NCBI RefSeq assembly: GCF_006716235.1
Contig: NZ_VFOR01000004.1
Span: 94,145-118,144 of the forward strand
Reading direction: 5' to 3'
Origin: Propioniferax innocua
GTDB lineage: Bacteria > Actinomycetota > Actinomycetes > Propionibacteriales > Propionibacteriaceae
DNA length: 24,000 bases
Shown: piece after piece, positions 7,105-14,924 of the stretch
How the letters are laid out: every line of letters starts with the position of its first letter
How positions within the stretch are numbered: the first letter of the stretch is position 1
Position numbers and translations under genes: made by a program
The notes under the pieces: model-generated
Databases searched by the model: none
What the model saw: the letters and a program-made list of their open reading frames with translations, nothing else
Told to the model about the DNA's origin: nothing

Positions 7105-9666
7105 TCAGCTCGCCCACTGCCCCCGGAAGAACATGTCGGCCCACCACGACATGAGGATCAGGCTGAGAACGATCCATGTCCCGATGGCGACCCGATGCCC
7201 GGCCAGAGCCGCGTCACTCCTCGGACGGTGACGCACGAACTCGGCGGCCACGAGCCAGAGCGGAAACCACAGCAGGGTCGCGCGGTTCACCGAGAACAAC
7301 CAGTACGACGTCATGAATGCGATGACCTGCAACCCGACGAACGTGGCCTCGGCCCAACGCCTGCGCGCCGCAAGAAATCCGGTGAGGACCAGACCGACGG
7401 CGGTGGAGACGAGCTCGAAACGGAACATCCAGCCCCAGCCGGGCTGGTCGTGGTACATGCCGCCGAACTCCGCAGGAGGCAGTGTGTTCATCACCGACTG
7501 CCAGGGCCAGTGCCAGCCTCGCACCCAGCCCTCCTGCTGTGCCTCGAACCATGCGGTCCACGAGCCGGTCAGGCCGTGGAGATAAATGAGGTAGGCCGCG
7601 ATCACAGCCGCCGGCAACAACAGCCACACGGCGCGTCGCACCATGCACGCGAGACGCTCGGCGATGCTGCGTCCGGCCACCTCGTGGGTGAGCGCGAGGA
7701 TGCCGAGACCCGCGATGAGGAACAAACCCGAGACGCGGAAGGCACTGGCACCTGCAGCTAGAAGACCGGCCTGCCACCATCTGCCGGCACGGGCCCGTTG
7801 CCAAGCCCAGAACGCGAACGCGCAGAACGGCGCTTCGGTGTAGGGAACGGTGGTGAACACCGCGGTCGGAACGATGAGCCACAACCCCGCGGCCCACACA
7901 CCGCCCATGCGATACAGCGCCCACGCGGCCAGCACGGCCGACACCGTCGCCACGGCGATACCCGTCACCACCGGCGGGACACCGACGACCATGAAGACCT
8001 TCAACACCATGGACAGTCCGGGGAAGAAGGCCATGGTCTTGGAGTCGGCCAGATACCCGTTCTGGGCGATGCCGACGAAATGTTCGACGTCCCAGTGGGA
8101 CAAGGAGGTGACCATCTCGGCCATGAATCCGCGGTCCGATTCGGCCCCGGCGACCGCCAGGACCAGTGCGAGCACGATCATTCCGCGCGTCACCACGAAC
8201 GTCCCGATCAACCATCGCACTTCATGGACGCCGGCGATGAGCGGTTCGGCACCACTGATGGCGTCATTGACGCGCCGCCGGACGGCGGTGGCCCACGCGG
8301 CGTCCTGGGCGCCGTCGAGGGTTCCGCCGTGTGGGTCGTCGGTCCACTCGTCCAGATTCGTGCGTCCGGCCCGGATGGGGTCGTGGGCGGGTCGCAGGAT
8401 GTCGCGCGCGACCAGCACGGAGAGCGCGAGCTGCACCGCCAGCCGCAGCAGCGTCGCGAGCCAGTAGAGGCGATCGGCGCCATCGCCGGGGGGTGAGATC
8501 TTGCCACCGAGGTGGGCCCAGATCGCGTAGACGTACAGCGCCTCGGCCACCATGTAGAGCGCCCATTCACGCCACTTGGGGCGGGCCAGCACCAACAGCG
8601 GCAGGAGCCAGAGCACGTACTGCGGCGAGTAGACCTTGTTGACCAGCAGGAAGGCCGAAACCACCAGAAAGGCGAGTTGGGCGAAGCGGGGACGCGTCGG
8701 CGCGAAGAACGCGAGACCGGCGACGATCGCACAACCGATCACGAACAGCAGCGTCCACACCGTGTTGAGGTCGTGCACCGGGAAACCGGCGAGCTTGAAG
8801 ACGTACCAGAGGGAACCGAAGTCGCCTTCGCGTTCGGAGTTGAACTCCCAGAAGTTTCGCCACGCATCGGGCGCCAGCAACATCGCAGGCAGGTTGCACA
8901 CGAGCCAGGCGGCCACGAACGTCGCGAGTGTTCGCAAGAAGTCCTCGATCCGACGCGAGCGCAGGCACAGGATCAGCAACGGGCCGAGGATGAACAGCGG
9001 ATAGAGCTTGGCCGCCATACCCAACCCCAACAACGCGCCGGCCAGCAGGGGGGAACGTCGGGCCCAGGCGAGGATGCCGAGGCTCGTGAGGGCGACGGGC
9101 AGGAAGTCCCAGTTGATCGCACCGGTCAGGACCACTGCGGGAGCGACGGCGATCATCAGACCGTCCCACGGGCGGTTCGGCGTCAACACCACATGGGCGA
9201 CGACGATCGCCAGCAACAACGCGAAGGTGACGGTGAAACTGACTGCGGCGAAGGTGTTGGTGGCCGTTGCGTAGTCATTGCCATCCAGGCCCGGCCCGAC
9301 CGGGGCGCCCACCGCCACGGTGATGATCCGCAACAGTTCGACGAACCAGCCGGTCAGGACGGGGTACTCGAACGCCGGATAGTCACCGGCGTCCAGATAG
9401 GGGGTGTTGCCATCCAGAAGGCCACGGCCCCCGTAGAGCACGGTGACGTCGGTGTAGCAACGCGCGCCGAACGCGTCAGGAGCCTCGGCACCCGGGGTGA
9501 GCATGCACGGGAGCTGACGCCACATCGTGTACAGCCACATGATGGTGGCCGCCAACACCGCGACGCCTGCGACGTTCGCCAAGGACTCCGGGCGACGCTC
9601 ATGCCTCCCCGGAACCGCACCGACGGCACGACCGATGACTCGAACGAACGGGTCGATGGTCCGCAC
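7105..9666 (-). CDS. Polytopic membrane glycosyltransferase: GT87/DUF2029-like N-terminal module fused to a PIG-V-like (GPI mannosyltransferase 2-like) C-terminal module
   Basis: 853-aa ORF with many TM helices. N-module motifs are GNTPYLDAGDYPAFEYPVLTGWF and AKLYPLFILG. A soluble linker spans residues ~426-483. The C-module carries HWDVEHFVGIAQNGYLADSKTMAFFPGL (nt 8017-8097). The GTG start at 9666 is preceded by GGAGGAG. It lies directly downstream of the PBP gene, as Rv0051 does relative to ponA1 in M. tuberculosis. Confidence 0.85.
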   Translation of the reverse strand: MRTIDPFVRVIGRAVGAVPGRHERRPESLANVAGVAVLAATIMWLYTMWRQLPCMLTPGAEAPDAFGARCYTDVTVLYGGRGLLDGNTPYLDAGDYPAFEYPVLTGWFVELLRIITVAVGAPVGPGLDGNDYATATNTFAAVSFTVTFALLLAIVVAHVVLTPNRPWDGLMIAVAPAVVLTGAINWDFLPVALTSLGILAWARRSPLLAGALLGLGMAAKLYPLFILGPLLILCLRSRRIEDFLRTLATFVAAWLVCNLPAMLLAPDAWRNFWEFNSEREGDFGSLWYVFKLAGFPVHDLNTVWTLLFVIGCAIVAGLAFFAPTRPRFAQLAFLVVSAFLLVNKVYSPQYVLWLLPLLVLARPKWREWALYMVAEALYVYAIWAHLGGKISPPGDGADRLYWLATLLRLAVQLALSVLVARDILRPAHDPIRAGRTNLDEWTDDPHGGTLDGAQDAAWATAVRRRVNDAISGAEPLIAGVHEVRWLIGTFVVTRGMIVLALVLAVAGAESDRGFMAEMVTSLSHWDVEHFVGIAQNGYLADSKTMAFFPGLSMVLKVFMVVGVPPVVTGIAVATVSAVLAAWALYRMGGVWAAGLWLIVPTAVFTTVPYTEAPFCAFAFWAWQRARAGRWWQAGLLAAGASAFRVSGLFLIAGLGILALTHEVAGRSIAERLACMVRRAVWLLLPAAVIAAYLIYLHGLTGSWTAWFEAQQEGWVRGWHWPWQSVMNTLPPAEFGGMYHDQPGWGWMFRFELVSTAVGLVLTGFLAARRRWAEATFVGLQVIAFMTSYWLFSVNRATLLWFPLWLVAAEFVRHRPRSDAALAGHRVAIGTWIVLSLILMSWWADMFFRGQWAS

Positions 9667-9771
9667 GTGCGCTCCTCCACTCTCCCTACGGCGGTTCCGC
9701 AGAACGGGCCACGGACGCGGCCCCGCGTCAGCCTAGGGGAATGATCGTCTCCGGGGACATGTGGACCCGAA

Positions 9772-12153
9772 TCAACCTCCGGATGATTCCGAGCCGCCGG
9801 AACGGCCGCTTCCGCCCGAACCGCTCGACCAGCTCTTGCCCGACACCGAACCGCCGCTACCGCCGGAACCACCCGAACCACCGGAACTGCCAGAACCGCC
9901 GTTCCCACCGGAGCCACCCGAGCCACCGTTCCCACCGGAACCACCCGAGCCACCGGAACCGTCGCCGTTCGATCGGGTCTGCCCCGAGGTCGGCTGCTGG
10001 GATTTCGCAGGAGGAGCCTGCGTGGGCTCGGGCGCCTGGGACGGTTCGGTCGGGGCCTCACTCGGCTGCTCCGACGGCGGCGCCTCGGTGGAGGGCTGCG
10101 GCTGCTGTGGGCCATCCCCCGGATTCGAGGGGGCCTCACCGGTGCCACCAGTGGGCTGACGTCCAGCCGTGCGGTTGCCGTTGATGAAGGCCGGCTCGTC
10201 GAAATCCTCGACGGGCTGCCCCTCGGTGGCCTGTGTCATGAAGTCGAGCCACATCATCGCCGGATAGGTGCCGCCGAAGAACGTGCCGTCACCGGGCCGT
10301 TTGTAGGGGGCCAGGTCTCCGGTGCCCTCGGGCCCCTCGACGAACATCACTGCGGTCGAGATCTGCTTGGTGTAGCCGACGAACCACGCCGAGATGATGC
10401 TCTCGTCGAGCCCTGCTGTGCCCGTCTTGCCCGCCACCGGGCGGCCCAGCTCGGTCACGCGTGAACCGGTACCCGCCTCGGCGACCTGCCGCAGTGAATA
10501 GGTGACATCCGCACTGAGGTCCTGAGGGAAAGCCTGTTCTCCCTGGGTGTCGGCCTCGTACAGCACCTTGCCGTCGGCGTCGGTGACCTTCTGGACCACA
10601 TGGGGCGCCACGTGGCGTCCACCATTGGCGAAGGTGCCGTAGGCCGCGGCCATGTGCAACGGGCTCACCTCGGCGATACCCAAGGCGGCTCGCGAGGTGT
10701 CCGCATTCCATCCGGCGGCCGGGGGCGCCCCGGCGTCCTCCGCCGCTTTCAAAATCTTGGCGGGTCCGTCGTCCATCTGCGTGGTCATGTCCACGAAGGC
10801 GGTGTTGATCGACTCCGACATCGCCTGGATCATGTCGACCATGCCGTACTCATGGTGGAACTCGTTACGCGCCTCGACGGTTTCACCTTCAGGGATGAAT
10901 GTGTTGCCCTGAAAGGTGTCGTAGAGCCCGAAACCATCACGCAGGCCAGCAGCCAGAGCGAAGGCCTTGAACGTCGACGCCGACTGCCGCGGCGTCGTCG
11001 CCCAGTTGCGCTGATCGCTGATGTAGTCGGGCCCACCGTAGATACCGAGCACCTCGCCAGAGGCGTTGTCCACTGACGCGATCGTCGGATGCAGCTGGCT
11101 GGGATCTTGGCCGGCAGCAGTGGCGATCTCATTCTGATAGCCCTGAGCGGTGCGCTCGGCATGCTCCTGGATTCGTGGATCGAACGTGGTGGTGATCGTC
11201 AACCCACCACCGTTGATCTGCTCCTCGGTGAGACCGGCCGCCTTCAGCTCCGCCTCCACCATCACCATCAGATGACCCTTGGTGCCGGCATAGCGCTCAT
11301 TGATCGGGATCTCCGGGAACTCCGGCAGTTTGTTGTACTCGACACGCTGCTGCGGCGTCAGCGTCCCCATCTCGACCATACCGTCGAGCACATAGTGGTA
11401 GCGCTCGGTGATGCGGTCGATGTTGGCGGGATCATTCGGGTCGTAGGACGTGGGGTTGTTGATGGCGGCAGCGAGAAAAGCCGCCTGCGGGACGGTGAGA
11501 TCCTTCGCATCCACGTCGAAGAAAGACCTCGCCGCCGCCTGCGCGCCGTACGCCCCGCGTCCGAAGTAGATCGTGTTCAGGTAGCCGCCGAGGATCTCCT
11601 CCTTCGGCACCTCACGCCCCAGTTTGACCGCGATGAACAGCTCCTTGAGCTTGCGTTTCACGGTGCGCTCCTGCGAGAGATACAGGACCTTGATGTACTG
11701 CTGCGTGATCGTCGATCCGCCCTGCACCTCGCCACCACGGGCGATCACCCACAACGCCCGCAACATACCGGACGGTGAAATACCACCATCGGTCCAGAAC
11801 GTCCGGTTCTCGGCGGCCACCGCAGCGTTCTTCAGCGAATCGGGCATCTCCTCATACGGGATCGTCTGCCGGTTCTGCGACGCGAACGAGCCGAGTTTCT
11901 GCCCATCCCGCCAATTCACGAACGACGTGTTGGCCTGGAACTCCTCATTGGGGTCGGGGATCTCGGTGCGGCTGTACCCGACCGCGAGACCAGCGACGCC
12001 CAAGATCATCGCCAACAGCACCACGATCGTGGTGCCCTGAAGGATCCGCACCGACCACTTCCGGAACGGACTCACCTTCTTGCGCGACCCACCCTTCGAA
12101 CGGGCCGTCTTCGGCGACTTCTTGGATGCAGACGGTTTGGAGGCCTTAGCCAT
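9772..12153 (-). CDS. ponA: Class A penicillin-binding protein (bifunctional transglycosylase/transpeptidase) with Pro/Gln/Glu-rich then Gly/Ser-repeat C-terminal tail
   Basis: GT51 motifs are ENRTFWTDGGISPSG and GGSTITQQ. Transpeptidase motifs are STFK, SIN (SESINTAF) and KTGTAG. The N-terminus has a basic region plus a TM helix (TTIVVLLAMILGVAGLAVG). The preferred start is ATG 12153 (MAKASKPS...), which overlaps the upstream DUF5318 stop in ATGGCTAA. The track start at 12207 is the alternative. Confidence 0.9.
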   Translation of the reverse strand: MAKASKPSASKKSPKTARSKGGSRKKVSPFRKWSVRILQGTTIVVLLAMILGVAGLAVGYSRTEIPDPNEEFQANTSFVNWRDGQKLGSFASQNRQTIPYEEMPDSLKNAAVAAENRTFWTDGGISPSGMLRALWVIARGGEVQGGSTITQQYIKVLYLSQERTVKRKLKELFIAVKLGREVPKEEILGGYLNTIYFGRGAYGAQAAARSFFDVDAKDLTVPQAAFLAAAINNPTSYDPNDPANIDRITERYHYVLDGMVEMGTLTPQQRVEYNKLPEFPEIPINERYAGTKGHLMVMVEAELKAAGLTEEQINGGGLTITTTFDPRIQEHAERTAQGYQNEIATAAGQDPSQLHPTIASVDNASGEVLGIYGGPDYISDQRNWATTPRQSASTFKAFALAAGLRDGFGLYDTFQGNTFIPEGETVEARNEFHHEYGMVDMIQAMSESINTAFVDMTTQMDDGPAKILKAAEDAGAPPAAGWNADTSRAALGIAEVSPLHMAAAYGTFANGGRHVAPHVVQKVTDADGKVLYEADTQGEQAFPQDLSADVTYSLRQVAEAGTGSRVTELGRPVAGKTGTAGLDESIISAWFVGYTKQISTAVMFVEGPEGTGDLAPYKRPGDGTFFGGTYPAMMWLDFMTQATEGQPVEDFDEPAFINGNRTAGRQPTGGTGEAPSNPGDGPQQPQPSTEAPPSEQPSEAPTEPSQAPEPTQAPPAKSQQPTSGQTRSNGDGSGGSGGSGGNGGSGGSGGNGGSGSSGGSGGSGGSGGSVSGKSWSSGSGGSGRSGGSESSGG
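9775..9969 (-). repeat. Coding low-complexity tandem repeat (GGS/GGN units) forming the PBP C-terminal tail
   Basis: The translation is NGDGSGGSGGSGGNGGSGGSGGNGGSGSSGGSGGSGGSGGSVSGKSWSSGSGGSGRSGGSESSGG. At DNA level there are near-identical 9/18-nt units (ccaccggaaccacccgagccaccg...). Confidence 0.8.
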
Positions 12154-12568
12154 AGATGTCCTCAACGGTTCTCTGACGACGTGGAGGGCGGCGACGCTTG
12201 CCGTCACCCAGAAGATAAGAGGCGATCATATGGTTCCAACCACACTCGGTACAGACCTCGACGATGCACACCTTGAACTCCCCGTACTCGGTCTGCATCT
12301 CCTCAAGTTCGGGGGGCTGCTTGATCCGGCCGGAATATTGACCGAGCTGCTCACCGAACACGTAGTACAGCAGACGCATCTGTCCCGATGCACACACCGG
12401 GCACGGTTCGTCATGGTCCTGACCGTGATGCAGAGCCGCGCGAATCAGCAGCGGCTCCGCGTCACACACGTCATGTGACGAAAGGGTACGCACAGGGCGC
12501 CGCAGCGCCCGCAGTGTATTGCGACGCTGCAGCGCATAGTCCACGTACTCACGCTGCGACCAGAACAT
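12146..12568 (-). CDS. DUF5318 family protein (Rv0049-like small Cys4 protein)
   Basis: The sequence is [22 protein letters not shown]...[16 protein letters not shown]...CPVC...[11 protein letters not shown]...[22 protein letters not shown]. It matches my memory of the conserved actinobacterial protein encoded immediately upstream of ponA1. It contains a CxxC...CxxC zinc-ribbon-like pattern. Confidence 0.85.
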   Translation of the reverse strand: MFWSQREYVDYALQRRNTLRALRRPVRTLSSHDVCDAEPLLIRAALHHGQDHDEPCPVCASGQMRLLYYVFGEQLGQYSGRIKQPPELEEMQTEYGEFKVCIVEVCTECGWNHMIASYLLGDGKRRRPPRRQRTVEDIYG

Positions 12569-12730
12569 GGCAACGATGGTACGCCCGAAGAAAACAACAG
12601 GTTACAGATTCATTTCCAATGCACTCATCATTCGGACAATGCGCCTGATGCTGCTAAATTTCCGCCGGACCACCGCTTTGGAGCGTGGCCGACGGCACAC
12701 AGAGCCGCTTCACAATCAAGGGGAGTACGC

Positions 12731-13414
12731 GTGAGCTACAACAATTACGACAGTAACCAGTACGGCGGCCAAAGCGGCTACGGCCAGAGCGGTCAGGGTG
12801 GTTACGGTCAGGGTGGTTACGACCAGGGCGCCTACCAGCAGCAGGGCTACGGTCAGGGCGCCTACCAGCAGCAGGGCTACGGTCAGGCACAGAGTGGCTA
12901 CGGCCAGCAGGATTACGGACAGGCTGCATACGGTCAGGCCGGTTACGGCGCCCCCGTCGGGGCACCGCGTCCTCCCGTGAGCTTCATGCCCGCAGTGAAG
13001 TTGTTCTTCAAGAACTACGCCAAGTTCGATGGCCGCGCCAACCGCGGTGAGTTCTGGTACCCCTACCTGTTCAACATGATCGTCGTATTCGTGCTGATGA
13101 TCCCCGTGTTGATCGGCGCTGTGGTCGCCGGAGCCTCGTACGACCCCTACACCGGCTCCGGTGGCGGTGGCGGGGCCGCCATCGCCGTCATCGGTTACGT
13201 CCTCCTGGGTCTCTACGGCCTCGCCATGACGGTTCCCACCTACTCCTCGATGATCCGCCGACTCCACGACACCAACAAGAGTGGTTGGCTCGCGCTTCTG
13301 GTTCCCTTCGGCCTCGGCATCATTCCCCTGATCATGTGCATCATGGATTCCGACCCCGCCGGCGTGCAGTACGACAACCCGTCCAACCCGCCGGCGACCG
13401 AGGCCGATCTCTGA
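12731..13414 (+). CDS. DUF805 domain-containing inner-membrane protein with N-terminal Q/G/Y-rich low-complexity region
   Basis: The GTG start is preceded by AAGGGGAG. Residues 1-75 are [14 protein letters not shown] repeats. The DUF805 core follows: [26 protein letters not shown]...[12 protein letters not shown]. Confidence 0.85.
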   Translation: MSYNNYDSNQYGGQSGYGQSGQGGYGQGGYDQGAYQQQGYGQGAYQQQGYGQAQSGYGQQDYGQAAYGQAGYGAPVGAPRPPVSFMPAVKLFFKNYAKFDGRANRGEFWYPYLFNMIVVFVLMIPVLIGAVVAGASYDPYTGSGGGGGAAIAVIGYVLLGLYGLAMTVPTYSSMIRRLHDTNKSGWLALLVPFGLGIIPLIMCIMDSDPAGVQYDNPSNPPATEADL

Positions 13415-13442
13415 TCTGCTGACGGCGTCTGCTGAACGTTTC

Positions 13443-13478
13443 ACGAGAGGGTCCGGTGCATGCACCGGACCCTCTCGT
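13443..13478. terminator. 36-bp perfect palindrome (GC-rich hairpin), probable intrinsic terminator of the DUF805 gene
   Basis: ACGAGAGGGTCCGGTGCA|TGCACCGGACCCTCTCGT begins 29 nt after the stop codon. There is no U-tract, which is common in high-GC actinobacteria. Confidence 0.6.
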
Positions 13479-13570
13479 CATGTCCTGCTCGTCACGTCCT
13501 GCTCGTCACGTCTTGCTCGTCACGTCTTGCTCGTCACGTCTTGCTCGTCACGTCTTGCTCGTCACGTCTG
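13478..13570. repeat. Intergenic 14-bp tandem repeat, ~6.6 copies (consensus TCACGTCTTGCTCG)
   Basis: The units are TCATGTCCTGCTCG, TCACGTCCTGCTCG, then 4x TCACGTCTTGCTCG, then partial TCACGTCTG. The first unit overlaps the last base of the palindrome arm (..CTCTCGTCA). Confidence 0.95.
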
Positions 13571-13629
13571 GGGGTCTTCCGACACCGGTGGTGAGCACAT
13601 AGCGTGGGCATCCCGGAGGGAGGCTCAGC

Positions 13630-14631
13630 ATGTTCGACACACAGGCGCCCATCGTCGCCGCACCCATGGCCGGTGGACCGAGCACGGTGGAGCTGGCATC
13701 AGCCGTGAGCGAGGCGGGGGGTTTCGCTTTTCTGGCCGGCGGATACAAGGAACCCACGGCGCTCGCCGATGAGATGGCCGGGTTGCGCGCCCGAGGGCGT
13801 CCATTCGGGGTGAATCTGTTCGCCCCCGGCGTCATGGAGGTGGAGACCGATGCCTTCGCCGCTTACGCCCAGGAACTGGGCCCCGAGGCAGAAGCCCACG
13901 GGGTATCACTGGACCCCGAGCCCGTGATCGATGACGATCACTGGGAAGCCAAACTCAGGCTGTTGCACGCAGACCCGGTCGCGGTGGTCTCCTTCACGTT
14001 CGCACTGCCGGGCCCTGAGGTGGTGGCCTCCCTGCAGTCTGTGGGAAGCCGTGTTCTGGCCACGATCACCACGGCCGAGGAGGCACGGGTGGCCCAAGAA
14101 GCGGGGGTCGATGGTTTGATCGTGCAGGGCGCTTCGGCCGGCGGACACAGCGCGACACTGAACCCGCACCGTGACCCTGAAGACATCCCCACCAGCGAAG
14201 CGGTGGCCCGGGTCCGTCGCCAGGTGGATCTGCCGGTGGTTGCCGCCGGAGGTGTCGATGGGCCGGCGGCCGTTGACGAATTGCTCGCTGTCGGCGCTAG
14301 GGCAGTGGTGATCGGAACCCTTCTGCTGCGGACTGACGAGGCCGGTACGTCGGCGACTCATCGCACCGCACTCGCCGATCCACGATTCGATCGAACAGCC
14401 TTGACACGAGCGTTCACCGGTCGCCCGGCTCGAGCCCTCGTCAACGGGTTCGTCGAACGCCACCGTGAGGCACCCACCGCCTACCCGGCGGTACATCATC
14501 TGACCCGGGAACTCCGCAGGGCCGCCGGGGCCGTCGGCGACACGGACCGGCTGCATCTCTGGGCCGGGACCGGATACCGCCAGGCACCGACGGGCCCGGC
14601 GGCAGAAGTCGTGCGATGGCTGGCCGACTGA
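13630..14631 (+). CDS. Nitronate monooxygenase family (NMO / 2-nitropropane dioxygenase-like, FMN-dependent)
   Basis: The sequence is MFDTQAPIVAAPMAGGPSTVELASAVSEAGGFAFLAGGY...GVNLF...DGLIVQGASAGGH...VVAAGGV. The RBS is GGAGGGAGG. This is the typical NMO TIM-barrel pattern. Confidence 0.9.
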   Translation: MFDTQAPIVAAPMAGGPSTVELASAVSEAGGFAFLAGGYKEPTALADEMAGLRARGRPFGVNLFAPGVMEVETDAFAAYAQELGPEAEAHGVSLDPEPVIDDDHWEAKLRLLHADPVAVVSFTFALPGPEVVASLQSVGSRVLATITTAEEARVAQEAGVDGLIVQGASAGGHSATLNPHRDPEDIPTSEAVARVRRQVDLPVVAAGGVDGPAAVDELLAVGARAVVIGTLLLRTDEAGTSATHRTALADPRFDRTALTRAFTGRPARALVNGFVERHREAPTAYPAVHHLTRELRRAAGAVGDTDRLHLWAGTGYRQAPTGPAAEVVRWLAD

Positions 14632-14782
14632 TGCAAGCACATGGTCGGTGATGTCCACAACCGGCCAGCCGTTTCCACCCGGGGTGATGTCGCATCACAG
14701 CTACACGCGATGTCGCCCCTGCAAAAGCCCACCACGACAGGCAACGGCACCCATCCGCGGGGATTCCGCCAGGCACCGGCGA

Positions 14783-14804
14783 TGGCCCTGTCAGAATCCA
14801 GTGG
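14783..14804 (+). repeat. Copy A of intergenic motif TGGCCCTG-N3-GAATCCAGTGG
   Basis: The GAATCCAGTGG core begins 131 nt upstream of the ATG at 14925. Confidence 0.4.
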
Positions 14805-14924
14805 TCGGTTGTGGACACTTCGGTCAAGTGGCGCGCTGGTCGACGAACGACCCGGCCATCGCCACACGCTCCCTCAACGGAAAACCGCACCACAACGACT
14901 GCCCGTTCCGACCTCAGGAGGATC

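Noticed and set aside
7195-9744. Long ORFs overlapping the GT87/PIG-V gene (7214-8215 minus off-frame, 7798-8496 +, 8512-9744 + at 410 aa, 9354-10148 minus)
   Set aside because: The sequences are Arg/Gly/His/Asp-rich with no features. The 853-aa minus frame has coherent TM topology and family motifs.
9761-10159. Pro/Glu-rich + strand ORF (PPEPPEPPELPEPPFPPEPPEPP...) that looks like a proline-rich repeat protein
   Set aside because: It is the exact antisense reading of the GGS/GGN repeat and P/Q/E/S tail of the PBP. It has no RBS and no independent start context.
12716-13465. 249-aa minus-strand ORF antisense to the DUF805 gene, and short + ORF 12798-12980
   Set aside because: They are shadows of the repeat-rich DUF805 frame, which has an RBS and the conserved DUF805 core.
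13478-13570. Possible CRISPR array or coding repeat
   Set aside because: The units are contiguous 14-mers with no spacers, and no cas genes are present. The unit length is not a multiple of 3. The only ORF through it (13527-13772) has no RBS and overlaps the well-supported NMO gene out of frame.
14653-14816. 11-bp long-range inverted repeat GTCCACAACCG / CGGTTGTGGAC, plus local hairpin TGGTCGGT-N10-ACCGGCCA, as a possible riboswitch or attenuator between the NMO and oxidoreductase genes
   Set aside because: An 11-bp inverted match within a few hundred nt is expected about once by chance in a window this size and GC content. I recognise no known riboswitch core (TPP, SAM, cobalamin, ZTP, c-di-AMP). 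It is kept only as context for the motif finding.
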